A DNA stretch of 30,265 nt from an uncultured bacterium (GTDB lineage: Bacteria; JAJVIF01; JAPKYR01): NCBI GenBank assembly GCA_965369865.1, contig CBDURU010000033.1:1-30265 (forward strand), written 5' to 3'. The first letter of the stretch is position 1, and the number at the start of each line of letters is the position of its first letter. The position numbers and the translations under genes were made by a program. Below the pieces are notes generated by a model. That model did not search any database and was not told the origin of the DNA. It saw only the letters and a program-made list of their open reading frames with translations. This document shows, piece after piece, positions 1-10,094 of this stretch.

Positions 1-11
1 CATCAATAAAA

Positions 12-34
12 GCCGACAGGAATGTCGGCGCACC
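12..34 (-). repeat. REP-like palindrome (GGTGC-GCCGACA-TTCC-TGTCGGC on the minus strand)
   Basis: Perfect 7-bp stem GCCGACA/TGTCGGC (12-18, 23-29) with a GGAA loop and a GCACC tail; intergenic; resembles GTRG-type REP layout. Confidence 0.45.
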
Positions 35-146
35 TGAAATAAATGATATTTTCTGGAAATGGTCTTAATCGGGCGTAGCCGTTAATTGAAAAAGCGCCTC
101 CTCGAAAAATAATTTTGCTAACCCAACAAAACAGGAGGAGGCACCA

Positions 147-260
147 TTGGAATCATACAACTTACTTATAACAATCACCAATGTTGTAAACAAAGTTACC
201 AGCCAAACCGCACCAATAGTCGGCAAGAAGGCTGCCCGCCCGCATCAATCAAATAAATAA
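147..260 (+). CDS. possible 37-aa small ORF (MESYNLLITITNVVNKVTSQTAPIVGKKAARPHQSNK)
   Basis: Strong SD GGAGGAGG (134-141) 5 nt before a TTG; stop abuts the convergent yjbQ stop; no recognisable homology. Confidence 0.25.
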   Translation: MESYNLLITITNVVNKVTSQTAPIVGKKAARPHQSNK

Positions 261-698
261 TTATTCCCCTAATATTGTTACAAATAACTCCCTGGTCCTC
301 GGACGCGTATCGTTATCGATAAACACCACCTGCTGCCACGTCCCCAGCCTCGGACTCCCGTTCCTGACAGGTACCGTGATATCCGGCCCGATAACGCTCG
401 CTCTCAAATGCGAGTGCCCGTTGTCATCATGCCAGGTTTCGTGATGAAAATATTCTCCCCACGCGGGACCGGGGGGTGTTGTGGGAATATGACGGTCGAA
501 ATGTTCCTTTAAATCTCGCACGCAACCAGGCTCAAATTCGGTTGACGTAAGCGCGCCGGTCGACCCAGGGCAGAAAACATGAGCGATCCCGGTCGAAATC
601 CCCGATCGTTTTATACATCCTGCAAGTTCCGATGTAATGTTAGAGACATCGGAATTTCCCCGTGTGCTGACTGAGATTGTGTCTGTATGTACGGTCAT
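261..698 (-). CDS. yjbQ: YjbQ/UPF0047 family protein (secondary thiamine-phosphate synthase)
   Basis: Family motifs GSTGALT..E, HETWHDDNGHSHLRAS, LGTWQQVVFID.D..R.R. Confidence 0.9.
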   Translation of the reverse strand: MTVHTDTISVSTRGNSDVSNITSELAGCIKRSGISTGIAHVFCPGSTGALTSTEFEPGCVRDLKEHFDRHIPTTPPGPAWGEYFHHETWHDDNGHSHLRASVIGPDITVPVRNGSPRLGTWQQVVFIDNDTRPRTRELFVTILGE

Positions 699-1042
699 GA
701 CTGATCCTCCCTGGCCTGCTGTAATAAATCAACCGCCCGCCTGAGATGTGGAATTACAATTGAGCCTCCTATTAAAAGGCTGATCGACATCGCCTCCCAG
801 ATTTCCTCATCGGCGAATCCCAGATCGACACATTGCCTGAGATGGTATCGTACGCAGTCATCGCATCTGAGAACCATCGAGCATGAAAGCCCGAGAAGCT
901 CCTTGGTTTTTACAGGAAGTGCGCCATCGCGATAAGTCTGCGAATCGAGCGAGAAAAATCTTTTTACCTCAAGCGGAGCTTCATTGAGGATGATTTTATT
1001 CATGCGCTCCCTGAATTGTTCGAAGGATTCCTGGTTGGCCAT
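695..1042 (-). CDS. carboxymuconolactone decarboxylase / AhpD-like protein
   Basis: GALPVKTKELLGL..S...RCDDCVRYH (CxxC..H) signature; 4-nt ATGA overlap with yjbQ. Confidence 0.9.
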   Translation of the reverse strand: MANQESFEQFRERMNKIILNEAPLEVKRFFSLDSQTYRDGALPVKTKELLGLSCSMVLRCDDCVRYHLRQCVDLGFADEEIWEAMSISLLIGGSIVIPHLRRAVDLLQQAREDQS

Positions 1043-1153
1043 TATTGAGTTGTCTCCATTGGAAAGGTGATAGAGAGATTAGCAGAAAAAAAATAAAATT
1101 ACATAAATTGGTTGCGCTGCCACTTGTGGCAGGAGGGGTTGAAATCAAAATCC

Positions 1154-1162
1154 TGCTATAAT
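1154..1162 (+). promoter_or_regulatory. extended -10 promoter element (TGcTATAAT)
   Basis: TGn plus consensus TATAAT 14 nt upstream of the ATG at 1177; no SD in between. Confidence 0.5.
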
Positions 1163-1176
1163 TCCTGGCAATCGCG

Positions 1177-1950
1177 ATGATCTATTTCCTTCTGCCAGCA
1201 TACAATGAAGAATCCGCTCTTCCGCTCGTCCTCGAAACCATCTCCGTGCTCAGGTTCCCCGGTGAAGACTGGCATGTTATCGCCGTTGATGATGGGTCGT
1301 CGGATGGCACACCGGGAGTGTTGAAAGAATGGGCTGAAAAAATCCCCATGACAATTCTCACCCATTCCCAAAATATGGGGCTTGGACGCGCGATACGCAC
1401 AGGATTTGAACACCTTGTGGAAATAATCAAAACGGATGATGCTGTAATTGCACTCGATGCGGATAACACGCAGGATCCGAAAATCTCATTAAAAATGCGG
1501 GTAAAGCAAAATGCGAATGATCTGGATGTCGTTATCGCGAGCCGTTACCACACAGGGGAAGACGAAAGCGGAAAGGAAGTCGGGCTGGCACTTCACCGGA
1601 AAATTCTCTCGCGCGGGGTGAGTTTCATTCTCGATTGGGCTTTCCATGTGAGTGGAGTTAAGGATTATTCATGCGGGTACAGGCTGTATTCAGGCCGGAT
1701 TTTACATCGGGCAAGGGAAGTTTACGGCGACAAACTGGTTGAAGAACAGAATTTTGTCTGCATGGCGGAAATCCTTTTGAAGCTGGATCATATAGGAGCG
1801 AAAATCGGGGAGGTCTCGCTCGTGCTTCGCTACGATCTCAAGGGCAGCCCGAGCAAGATGAGGGTAGTTCGGACGGTGCTCAGGTATTTCAGGATGATCT
1901 GGAGATTTAAAGGGCTTGGTGAGTTGAAGAAATACAAGTATCCGCGATAA
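1177..1950 (+). CDS. GT2 glycosyltransferase, polyprenol-phosphate glycosyltransferase (DPM/CsbB-like)
   Basis: LPAYNEE, VDDGSSDGT, NMGLGRA, LDAD, VVIASRY, DYSCGYRLY, SKM motifs. Confidence 0.92.
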   Translation: MIYFLLPAYNEESALPLVLETISVLRFPGEDWHVIAVDDGSSDGTPGVLKEWAEKIPMTILTHSQNMGLGRAIRTGFEHLVEIIKTDDAVIALDADNTQDPKISLKMRVKQNANDLDVVIASRYHTGEDESGKEVGLALHRKILSRGVSFILDWAFHVSGVKDYSCGYRLYSGRILHRAREVYGDKLVEEQNFVCMAEILLKLDHIGAKIGEVSLVLRYDLKGSPSKMRVVRTVLRYFRMIWRFKGLGELKKYKYPR

Positions 1951-1989
1951 TATTTTGATACAACATTAAATCTAATTAAGACCAAAATT

Positions 1990-3261
1990 ATGCGAAAGAT
2001 ACTCCTGGCATCGATCATCCTCTGGTTGTCAGTCCAGATTATTTCCTGCAACGAAGGGAAAAGCCCGGTCGTCCCTCCTGATGACACCCAGAATTTCCGT
2101 CTTGGCGCCGCACGATTCAACCCGGCACACGCGCCTGTGGATGTAGTAAATATTTCCGCAACGCGATTGCAGAACGGATCGCTTGAACTTCCCGGACGCG
2201 ACATAACAATGACAGCGAGCTCAGGTAATGTCAGTGCGGTTACGGATCACGGCGACGGAACCTACGACGCGGTCTGGACCGGCACTCCTGTGGGTGAAGT
2301 TGTAATTATCGCCACCGACAACGACAGCGACCCGCTGGTACAGGCGTCGATAACCATTGTCACTCTTGAATATCTCGATTCACAATGGGATGTCCCGATC
2401 AAACTTGCCAGCCCGATCTCGACAGATGGCTGGGAGGCGTCACCGTTCCTGTACGCGGATGGAAATCATCTCGCGTTTTCGTACATCACTCTCGACTGGG
2501 TCGCACTCTCGGCCGGAATAAGTCAACCGATCGGTGAGGAGCGTCCGGGACAGTCAATTCCCCAGACACTCGATGTTTTTCTCGCGACGCGTCCTGAAGG
2601 CGATAATTCGGCATGGTGGACCGGATGGACGGTCGAGAACGCTCAGGTCAATCTGTTCCAGAGTCTTCCAATGCACGTTTCGGCGCCGATGGTCACCTCC
2701 GACGGTCTTGCGGCGTTTCTTACGGTACAGGAATTTAACGGGGTTAATTACGATCCAACCGTACTTTACATGACCGATCCTGATTTTCTAAACGCGCCGA
2801 CACCGCTCGGTCCCCCGGTCGATTTGACAGGGCTTGGTGAGGATAACCCGTATTATGACGCGACGAACGGGTGGTTGTATTTCGACTCGTACGATCTTGG
2901 CGACCCGTTATCGAAGCAGAACATATGGGCGGCACAGACAATTGGCGGGTGGCAGTTCAACGATCCCGTGCCGCTGACCGATCTGAACACACCTGAAATC
3001 GAAACCCAGGCGTTCGTGGATGAAATTGGCGGGATGATTTATTTCGCTACCGACCGCGACCAGGATGAATATATACTGGCGATCTGGAGGGCAAGTATTT
3101 CAGGGAGTATTACAGGAACTCCGGAAGAATTCGCGAGAGGAGTAATTCCTGTGGGACGGCCGTCATTTTCATCGGATGGCCAGTGGTTCTGTTTTTCATT
3201 TGCTACGATCGATCCTGACGGATCGGATGCCGATATTGCAATGTGCAGGCGTATTGAGTAA
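1990..3261 (+). CDS. putative lipoprotein with an Ig/invasin-like domain and TolB/PD40-like beta-propeller repeats
   Basis: Signal peptide ending IISC; VTDHGDGTYDA (invasin-like Ig motif); repeats EASPFLYADGNHLAF, EDNPYYD..NGWLYF, RPSFSSDGQWFCF. Confidence 0.7.
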   Translation: MRKILLASIILWLSVQIISCNEGKSPVVPPDDTQNFRLGAARFNPAHAPVDVVNISATRLQNGSLELPGRDITMTASSGNVSAVTDHGDGTYDAVWTGTPVGEVVIIATDNDSDPLVQASITIVTLEYLDSQWDVPIKLASPISTDGWEASPFLYADGNHLAFSYITLDWVALSAGISQPIGEERPGQSIPQTLDVFLATRPEGDNSAWWTGWTVENAQVNLFQSLPMHVSAPMVTSDGLAAFLTVQEFNGVNYDPTVLYMTDPDFLNAPTPLGPPVDLTGLGEDNPYYDATNGWLYFDSYDLGDPLSKQNIWAAQTIGGWQFNDPVPLTDLNTPEIETQAFVDEIGGMIYFATDRDQDEYILAIWRASISGSITGTPEEFARGVIPVGRPSFSSDGQWFCFSFATIDPDGSDADIAMCRRIE

Positions 3262-3296
3262 AATCTGGAATAGTAGAACATCAATCAAAAATCCCT

Positions 3297-4202
3297 ATGG
3301 AGGCAGGGACAATGGACCAGGAACCTCTGGGGGGAGTGCAGCCACTATCTATTCGTGTCCATTTTCTGAGGAATCTTGCGAAGAAAGGTAATCCTGTACT
3401 TAAATGGGGAGCGAAGTATCTGCTGACGGATCCGGTTAGTCGTTTGAATGGGATGATTTTTGAGGGGATCGTAATTTATGTTTTCATTGCTCTGGCTTTA
3501 TTAACTTTCCTCAGCATTATTTACAGGCCAGAGACATATGACATCCTGGTAAATGAATACATTATAACCTTTCGTACTTATCTCCAATTAATTGCAATTT
3601 TCTTTTTAATATTCTGGCTGGCTGCTTTAGTGAAAGGAATAATAACCTCGACTCGCTTTGTTAATGCAATGTTATGTGACGAATCCCAGGAAGGAACACC
3701 TGACTGGAGTGAAGCACATCCGGATGATGTTTTTAATTCCATTATGACCCTTCAGATGTACTCGGTAGGAATTCCTTATGGAATATATGTAATAGTTACA
3801 CTTATTATTACTTATTCCTTCATGCAATATCCTGTGATTCACGAATATTTTGTTCAGCACACAGCATTGCGTTTTGGTGGTTCAGTCTGGTTAATAATGG
3901 AATTTGTCATCATTTTGTTTTTAACACTAGGGGCAACATATACTGGAACAAGATGCTCATATCCTAAAGCATCATTCTGGAATTTTGTTGGATTGATGGT
4001 TGTAAATTTCCTTCTATATCTAATTATTTTCTTTTCCCTTTGTTTTTTTAATTACAGCCAATCAGGCAGGGATACTGAGATTTGCCAATCCAACATGTTG
4101 ACCTTTACCTTATTATGGGGAATCGGAGTTGTTTACGTACTTTTCCTCCTCGCCCGGAATGAAGTCCGTTCGAAAATTAAAAAACTCCAGAAAAGCGACT
4201 AA
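3297..4202 (+). CDS. multi-pass membrane protein of unknown function (start may be 3312)
   Basis: About six hydrophobic segments; AT-rich; GGAGG precedes the second ATG at 3312. Confidence 0.7.
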   Translation: MEAGTMDQEPLGGVQPLSIRVHFLRNLAKKGNPVLKWGAKYLLTDPVSRLNGMIFEGIVIYVFIALALLTFLSIIYRPETYDILVNEYIITFRTYLQLIAIFFLIFWLAALVKGIITSTRFVNAMLCDESQEGTPDWSEAHPDDVFNSIMTLQMYSVGIPYGIYVIVTLIITYSFMQYPVIHEYFVQHTALRFGGSVWLIMEFVIILFLTLGATYTGTRCSYPKASFWNFVGLMVVNFLLYLIIFFSLCFFNYSQSGRDTEICQSNMLTFTLLWGIGVVYVLFLLARNEVRSKIKKLQKSD

Positions 4203-4207
4203 TCCCC

Positions 4208-4615
4208 TTACCAGTTCTTTTGACGTTCCGCCTGGGCTTTTTTATCTATAAGTTTATTTATCCTTGATTCATAGGACGAGTACAGCTCGACAATATTGTG
4301 ATTGTTCATCTCAGCGGCGATCGATCGTAGATCCCGTGCAGTGTTAAACGCCTCTTCAAGATTCCCATCCCGTATCAGCCTATCAATGTTACTGTCGGAA
4401 GTCAGGTCGGAACCGGTTGGCGCGGAATTGATCGAACCATACATCTTTTTGCCTGACGCAAGCCTCTGGTTCGCCACGTTTTCATCGCGTTGTTTTGCCT
4501 GCCTGCCCCCGAACCGCTCTTTCAGTAAGTCCATCCCCCACCTGATCAGCCCGAGGCCGACGAAAATGGAGATTGCGATAACAATGGCCTGTATCAATAA
4601 CGCTGGTGCATTCAT
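4208..4615 (-). CDS. hypothetical protein with N-terminal membrane anchor and helical C-terminus
   Basis: 135-aa ORF with one TM helix; TATAAT upstream on the minus strand. Confidence 0.7.
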   Translation of the reverse strand: MNAPALLIQAIVIAISIFVGLGLIRWGMDLLKERFGGRQAKQRDENVANQRLASGKKMYGSINSAPTGSDLTSDSNIDRLIRDGNLEEAFNTARDLRSIAAEMNNHNIVELYSSYESRINKLIDKKAQAERQKNW

Positions 4616-4734
4616 AGTTTGATCCTGACATTGATTTCACTATCCAAATTATACGATGAAGCAAAGATATTTTAGTTGCGAGTCACCTTTTTCTTTAAGG
4701 CTGCCTGATTATCAGGGGCAGACCCAGCGGAGGG

Positions 4735-5748
4735 TTATTCAACTCCAGGTTCGTAAACAATCATGCTTACGGCACTAAGTGGCATATTTCCGGCACGGGG
4801 ACTCACCTGATATGGAATATCAATCACATGCTCCTCCCAGTCATTTTCCATGTTGTATACCAGGATCGAAACATCAGGTAAACATGACTGATCAACACAA
4901 GCTGCCCACCTGCGACCGATAGATGGTAGAATCGCGTCTTTAATTTCGAGGATCTCATCGCCAGTATGGCTATTGATGAATCTGGTGATCATATTTAAGC
5001 CGTCCCAAAGGAACAATCCAAGTACATCCTCATTACTCCCGACATACATGTCTATAATTTCGCTGTCCTCGACTAATTCTATCCACTGGTCCTCCAGTAA
5101 ATCATATCTCCAGACGATACGGCTCGTCGCTCCGGTGGAATTTGTGACGTCAACCATGGCATAGGCATTTCGACCATCATCGGACATAAATAATTTAACA
5201 TCGTCAATTGCGGAATCCGTGAGTTGGAACCATGGAAATTCCCGATTAGTTTCAGGATAAATTGTCTCTCCGGTTATCAAGTGCCTGAAATAAAAATTTT
5301 CATCGTCGTATAATGCCCGCCACAGGTGTTTGTGGTAGTTAAACCGTGCAGGAGATACATACTGGATGAAATCATCCGCGTGAGTTTCCATTACCGGATG
5401 AAGTTGAGAATCGGGAAGATCCAGGGATACATAAGTTTTCATATCACCAATTTTGGAATACATTACGAAAATGATCCGGCCATCCAGCGAGTAATGATAA
5501 CTCAAACCTGACCACGGGTATTTACTGGTGCTGTTTAAAATCGGGGCATTATTTCCTGAGAAATCGTACGCTCGAAGCCCATTAAAAATGTGGTGGCCGA
5601 AATCGACCAGTATAAGTGGCTGTTCATTACTTGCCGCCTCCCGGATCATTTTATCTATCCGGGCATCTTTCCCGGTTTTGTAAAGATATCCGGAGAAAAG
5701 GCTCAGGATGAATATAACCAGGGGGATTATGTTCCTGTACCTGATCAC
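4735..5748 (-). CDS. hypothetical exported/membrane-anchored protein, probably beta-propeller
   Basis: N-terminal hydrophobic anchor; SLDGRIIF and MSDDGRNAY propeller-like turns; 4-nt overlap with the upstream gene. Confidence 0.65.
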   Translation of the reverse strand: MIRYRNIIPLVIFILSLFSGYLYKTGKDARIDKMIREAASNEQPLILVDFGHHIFNGLRAYDFSGNNAPILNSTSKYPWSGLSYHYSLDGRIIFVMYSKIGDMKTYVSLDLPDSQLHPVMETHADDFIQYVSPARFNYHKHLWRALYDDENFYFRHLITGETIYPETNREFPWFQLTDSAIDDVKLFMSDDGRNAYAMVDVTNSTGATSRIVWRYDLLEDQWIELVEDSEIIDMYVGSNEDVLGLFLWDGLNMITRFINSHTGDEILEIKDAILPSIGRRWAACVDQSCLPDVSILVYNMENDWEEHVIDIPYQVSPRAGNMPLSAVSMIVYEPGVE

Positions 5749-6623
5749 TTATCCCTCCGTCCAAAAGAGATACAGGCCATGAAAAAAACAACGATCGCCA
5801 CTCCAAGGCTTAAGAAGACGTTTAAATTGACCACCGGCCAGATAATTTTAAACCTCGAAAGATCTGTTGACCGGAACATCAAATATTGGGTGGTACTTAT
5901 TATCCAATAATGTAAGGGAATTAATATTGCGGGAAGCACCAACCAGGAGTAATAACCCATCATGAACAGGGAACCACGCCTGTAGGCCCTTGAAGCCCAC
6001 CAGAACCCCCAGGTAATTGGAAGCAGGACCCATGAAAATACCTGGCAGAAAGCTGTAAAAATAATGAAGGATACCTGGGATGGATTAAGTTCATCAAAGA
6101 TACGGAAAAACCACACTTGTGGGACTCTCGCCCAGGTTCGTCCAAGGGGACCATGGTATGGGAAAACCGTGAGATGATGGATAGCGGTCATCAGTAAACG
6201 CGTGAGGTTATCAGGAATATCTGTTTTATATGCATTTTCGTGGCTGATTATCATGAGTAGAAGAATTGGCGCAAATAGTCGTACCCAGCTCACAAGGCAT
6301 GCGAGAACTCGGGGTAACAGGATTTTGTAGGGTCTGATAGGGGCCGATAAAAGGGCTGGATCGCTCCCCCCGTATTTAAGGTGTACTATGTAAATAAATC
6401 CGGGAATTGCAAGGGGCGTACAGATGATAAACATCCAGTAGGTGACCAGGAACAAGCCCTCGTACCATTTCACACCTGGGTTATCAAACCACCAGAAGCC
6501 AATGGTCAGGGCTGCGAGCGACCAGAGGACTGTTTCAGTGATCTGGAACGGGCGCCCGTTTTTTGCAGTCCAGATGTTTCTATAAGCAATTTTGAAAATG
6601 AAACTCAGCATGCCATCCGACAT
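5745..6623 (-). CDS. multi-pass membrane protein, weakly ABC-2 permease-like
   Basis: About six TM segments; LLSAPIRPYKILLPRVLA resembles the ABC-2 LL..P.....IL..K loop. Confidence 0.6.
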   Translation of the reverse strand: MSDGMLSFIFKIAYRNIWTAKNGRPFQITETVLWSLAALTIGFWWFDNPGVKWYEGLFLVTYWMFIICTPLAIPGFIYIVHLKYGGSDPALLSAPIRPYKILLPRVLACLVSWVRLFAPILLLMIISHENAYKTDIPDNLTRLLMTAIHHLTVFPYHGPLGRTWARVPQVWFFRIFDELNPSQVSFIIFTAFCQVFSWVLLPITWGFWWASRAYRRGSLFMMGYYSWLVLPAILIPLHYWIISTTQYLMFRSTDLSRFKIIWPVVNLNVFLSLGVAIVVFFMACISFGRRDK

Positions 6624-6825
6624 TGATAAATAGCTGATAATTAGTAGTTATTCCGACTCGTCAAGGTTCAGAAATTCAATTATAAACAATGAATACGGAA
6701 ATACAAAAAATGCAGGCTTTCAGCTTTATCCATCAGGATGAAAGTCGATGTTCGAGGCATCGACCTTTTTCATTCGAACCGGAAGGGTTATAATTCATAT
6801 CCATAAAAAGTGACCTGCCCTGTGT

Positions 6826-9369
6826 ATGGAAAACCTCGCGCGCATAGATAAAAAACGCCCGGACATTCTTCCGCTGCTCCTGCTCGCGTTATTCGGGATC
6901 GGGTTTTTCTACCCCGTGCTGTTCATGGGACGCGCTCCCGCGATCAATGATCTCAGGAGTATCGAACCATGGCGTGGCGCGCGAATCCAGAACGGAGAAG
7001 GCACGGTTGAATTCCGTCCGAGCGGTGAACCGGTTTATTCGTGGGACACCTACGAGGGATTCGCCGACGACCTTAACCGGCAGTTCATTCCATGGGGACT
7101 TTATTCGCAGGAGAGGATCAGGTCGGGTGGTTTACCGCTATGGAACCCGCATGTCGCCTGCGGGCAACCGCTTTATGCGAATCACCAGACCGGATTAACG
7201 AACCCGCTTATTTTCCTGTGCTATCTCCTTTTCCCGGGCTTATCGGCAATCACCGCGATTTTTCTATTCACATTCATACTCACCGGATGGGGGATGTACG
7301 CGTATCTCAGGATACTTGGACTCGGACGGTGGCCGTCGCTCCTCGCCGCGACAACATACCAGTTCATGCTGGGATATATTCCCACACTCGATACTCTGGT
7401 TATTGAGAAGGCGTTATTCCCGTTCCTTTTATATTCGATAGAACGCCTTGTTCGAACACCCGGGGGAAAAGGAGGGATATGGGCGGTTGTATCCATATTA
7501 CTCTTCGCGCTGGTTCAGACATCGTGCCACGTGCAGGAAGCCGTTTTTATTTCGTACCTCATTGGGCCTTACATAGTTTTCATCGCGGGCGGACAGGACG
7601 CGTTCCCGCGCGGAAGGATCTGGTTAACGATTGGAAAACGATTCCTGCTGGCATTGGGGATTTTCATCCCGGCACTGCTCGTCGGCCTGGTGCAGAATCT
7701 TCCAACACTCGAATTCTACCTGAACTCAACCCGATTCGCGGGATTCGGGGAACAACTTGTCGAGGCGACGGAACTTGAAATGAATTTTACCTGGATACAG
7801 TCGATGATGTTCGCGTTCCCGAGGCTGTTCGGAGATTACATCCTCGACACCATGTTCCTCGAGCATTATCTCCTGAACTACGCGTATATCGGGATCATAA
7901 CTATCCTTACGGCGCCATTTGCAGCATGGGTTATTTCAAACCGCAGGCAGGTCTGGTTCTGGCGGGTTGTCATGGTGATCTTCTTCGCTGCGATAATCTG
8001 GAACGAATTTTATTTCAACGTGCTTATCCATCTCCCGCTGTTTCGAATAAGCCTTCAGAAACCATTCAGCCCGTTTTTCTTCTCTGTTATCGTTCTCGCC
8101 GGACACGGGTTCCAGGTCTTTCTGGACCCGAAACCGAAAGGCACGGATGAAAATAAGTGGCTCGCGAGAACCGCCGTCATTGTGTACGGCACCCTTTTGA
8201 GTTTCGGCGCGCTCTGGATTTACTCGATGTTTGGACCGACCGAGATGTTCACGGCAGACCAGATTTATACACTTGGCCAAATGCTGATTGGTGTTATTTA
8301 TGCGTCGCTTGTATGTTTCTTCATCGGACTTGTATGGAAAAGGGTGAATCCGATTGAAGATGAAAACGGTGTTGGTAAACCGGTCGACCATGCAAGATTT
8401 TCAAGAGCTATAACGATAGGCGCAATTGGAATACTGATAATTATCCTTATCGACATGTGGCCGATGAAGGCTCATTTCAACCCGTTCGTGGAAAAGAAAA
8501 ATATGTATTTCGATACCGTCACGACTGAATTTCTCCAGGAACGGCTCGAATGGAATCCCGGCGATGAAGACGGCCCGTACAGGTTCGGGCGTTCATGGAA
8601 GGAAATCCTCCAGCCGAATACCGGAATGATGTACGGTCTCGACGATTTCGGAGGGTATGACTCCAACCTGATCGGCAATTACGGGAAACTGCTGACAACG
8701 GTCGATGAAACGATCCTGATGGGTGTCCACTTTATCGAGACTCCGAGGTATCGACAGGCATTCAGGTCGAATGTATGGAATATGCTCGGCGTAAAGTATG
8801 TACTGGCGCACAGGGGGCATTACGGTCAGTTCGAACCGGTGGAGCGGTGGCAACCATTGTATTACGGTGAGGTGTTGATTTTGGAGAACCGCGACGCCCT
8901 TCCGAGAATGCACCTTGTGGATCAGGTGACATGGGCTGATCCTGACGAAGCCCTTGAGTTATCGTCGGAAATTGATCCTGCATCGGAAGCGGTGGTCTCA
9001 AGACATGGGTCGGGTGAATTAATTGAGTTTGATAGTAACGGTGAATCACCCGGAACAGTTGTCATAACTGAATATTTACCGGAGAAAGTGTCCGCGAGCG
9101 TGACATGCGAACGTCCGGCGGCATTATTGTGTTTTTACGATTCATGGTTCCCGGGATGGGAAGTGAAAGTGGATGGAATTACGAAACCCCTGGAACAGGT
9201 GAATTACGCGTTTAAGGGCGTGTTTGTGGAGGAGGGGGATCATGTCGTGGTGTTTTCATACAGACCGAAGTCGCTTGTGTACGGGATTATCGGAACAGTG
9301 ATAGGAATACTGTTGATGCTGCTGATTGCGAAGCCCTTGTCGAAAGCAGTAGGGCGGCCTGAAAATTAG
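6826..9369 (+). CDS. YfhO family membrane protein (GT-C fold glycosyltransferase)
   Basis: GGLPLWNPHVACGQPLYAN, QNLPTLEF...STR, GGYDS, ENRDALPR, DSWFPGWEVKVDG..VNYAFKGV...G.H.V.F.YRP motifs; many TMs. Confidence 0.88.
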   Translation: MENLARIDKKRPDILPLLLLALFGIGFFYPVLFMGRAPAINDLRSIEPWRGARIQNGEGTVEFRPSGEPVYSWDTYEGFADDLNRQFIPWGLYSQERIRSGGLPLWNPHVACGQPLYANHQTGLTNPLIFLCYLLFPGLSAITAIFLFTFILTGWGMYAYLRILGLGRWPSLLAATTYQFMLGYIPTLDTLVIEKALFPFLLYSIERLVRTPGGKGGIWAVVSILLFALVQTSCHVQEAVFISYLIGPYIVFIAGGQDAFPRGRIWLTIGKRFLLALGIFIPALLVGLVQNLPTLEFYLNSTRFAGFGEQLVEATELEMNFTWIQSMMFAFPRLFGDYILDTMFLEHYLLNYAYIGIITILTAPFAAWVISNRRQVWFWRVVMVIFFAAIIWNEFYFNVLIHLPLFRISLQKPFSPFFFSVIVLAGHGFQVFLDPKPKGTDENKWLARTAVIVYGTLLSFGALWIYSMFGPTEMFTADQIYTLGQMLIGVIYASLVCFFIGLVWKRVNPIEDENGVGKPVDHARFSRAITIGAIGILIIILIDMWPMKAHFNPFVEKKNMYFDTVTTEFLQERLEWNPGDEDGPYRFGRSWKEILQPNTGMMYGLDDFGGYDSNLIGNYGKLLTTVDETILMGVHFIETPRYRQAFRSNVWNMLGVKYVLAHRGHYGQFEPVERWQPLYYGEVLILENRDALPRMHLVDQVTWADPDEALELSSEIDPASEAVVSRHGSGELIEFDSNGESPGTVVITEYLPEKVSASVTCERPAALLCFYDSWFPGWEVKVDGITKPLEQVNYAFKGVFVEEGDHVVVFSYRPKSLVYGIIGTVIGILLMLLIAKPLSKAVGRPEN

Positions 9370-9441
9370 TTACAATACGAATTAAATTATATAGGTCACT
9401 GTCCCCAATGGATCCCAAAACCATTCTAAGGAGAAGACAGA

Positions 9442-9912
9442 ATGCAAATCACGGTAATGCTGTTCACCCTTCTGGCATCCCTGGTAAGTTCTGTCATCAT
9501 CGCTGATATAATTGTTATTATGCACCTTGGGTGGATATTGTTTATGCTTTGGGGGTTTACGCTCACAGTACACGGGGTCTTATACAGAAAGAAGAGTTTT
9601 TTTGACAGGTGGCTATTCAGAACGCTTCACGTGTCTGGTATAGTCTTTGTGTCTCTTATAGCTATTATTGGCAGGCAAATAAGAGCCATATGCCCCATAA
9701 CAATATGGGAAAATGCCCTAAGGGTAAAATATGACCCGAGCTCAACTTATTCGGGCGAGTTCATACCTCACTACGTTGAAAAGCTGGTTTATCCTGACAT
9801 GGACCCATTAATAATAACTATAGGTACCGTGTTTATCGGTGTTTTCACTCTGGTTGTTTTTATAGTCAGGCCACCAGAGAAGATAAGAAGAATTTTGTTC
9901 AAAGCCCCTTGA
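9442..9912 (+). CDS. DUF2784 family membrane protein
   Basis: ADIIVIMHLGWILF, ICPITIWENALR, GEFIPHYVEKLVYP; SD AAGGAG upstream; AT-rich. Confidence 0.85.
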   Translation: MQITVMLFTLLASLVSSVIIADIIVIMHLGWILFMLWGFTLTVHGVLYRKKSFFDRWLFRTLHVSGIVFVSLIAIIGRQIRAICPITIWENALRVKYDPSSTYSGEFIPHYVEKLVYPDMDPLIITIGTVFIGVFTLVVFIVRPPEKIRRILFKAP

Positions 9913-9935
9913 ATGTTTCAAGGGGCTTTTTGTTT
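9901..9935 (+). terminator. intrinsic terminator overlapping the DUF2784 stop codon
   Basis: 13-bp perfect stem AAAGCCCCTTGAA-tgt-TTCAAGGGGCTTT followed by a T-rich tail. Confidence 0.8.
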
Positions 9936-10037
9936 CATATAAAATCAACCTGACGGTATCGGGAATTTGTTGATGCGATCAGAATTTTCCTTTTGTTAGG
10001 TTAACAGGAAAGAAACCCAATGGGTTCGACCTGCCCC

Positions 10038-10094
10038 GCGATTTTGCCGTGATGTATACTTTGACTTTACCTGCATAATCCCCGGCAAAATCGC
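10038..10094. repeat. 12-bp perfect inverted repeat flanked by CTG(T)CCCC motifs
   Basis: GCGATTTTGCCG (10038-10049) / CGGCAAAATCGC (10083-10094). Confidence 0.6.

Noticed and set aside
6744..6771. Hairpin GTCGATG-N7-CATCGAC followed by a T run in the divergent intergenic region
   Set aside because: Terminator-like, but no + strand gene ends nearby, so no role can be assigned.
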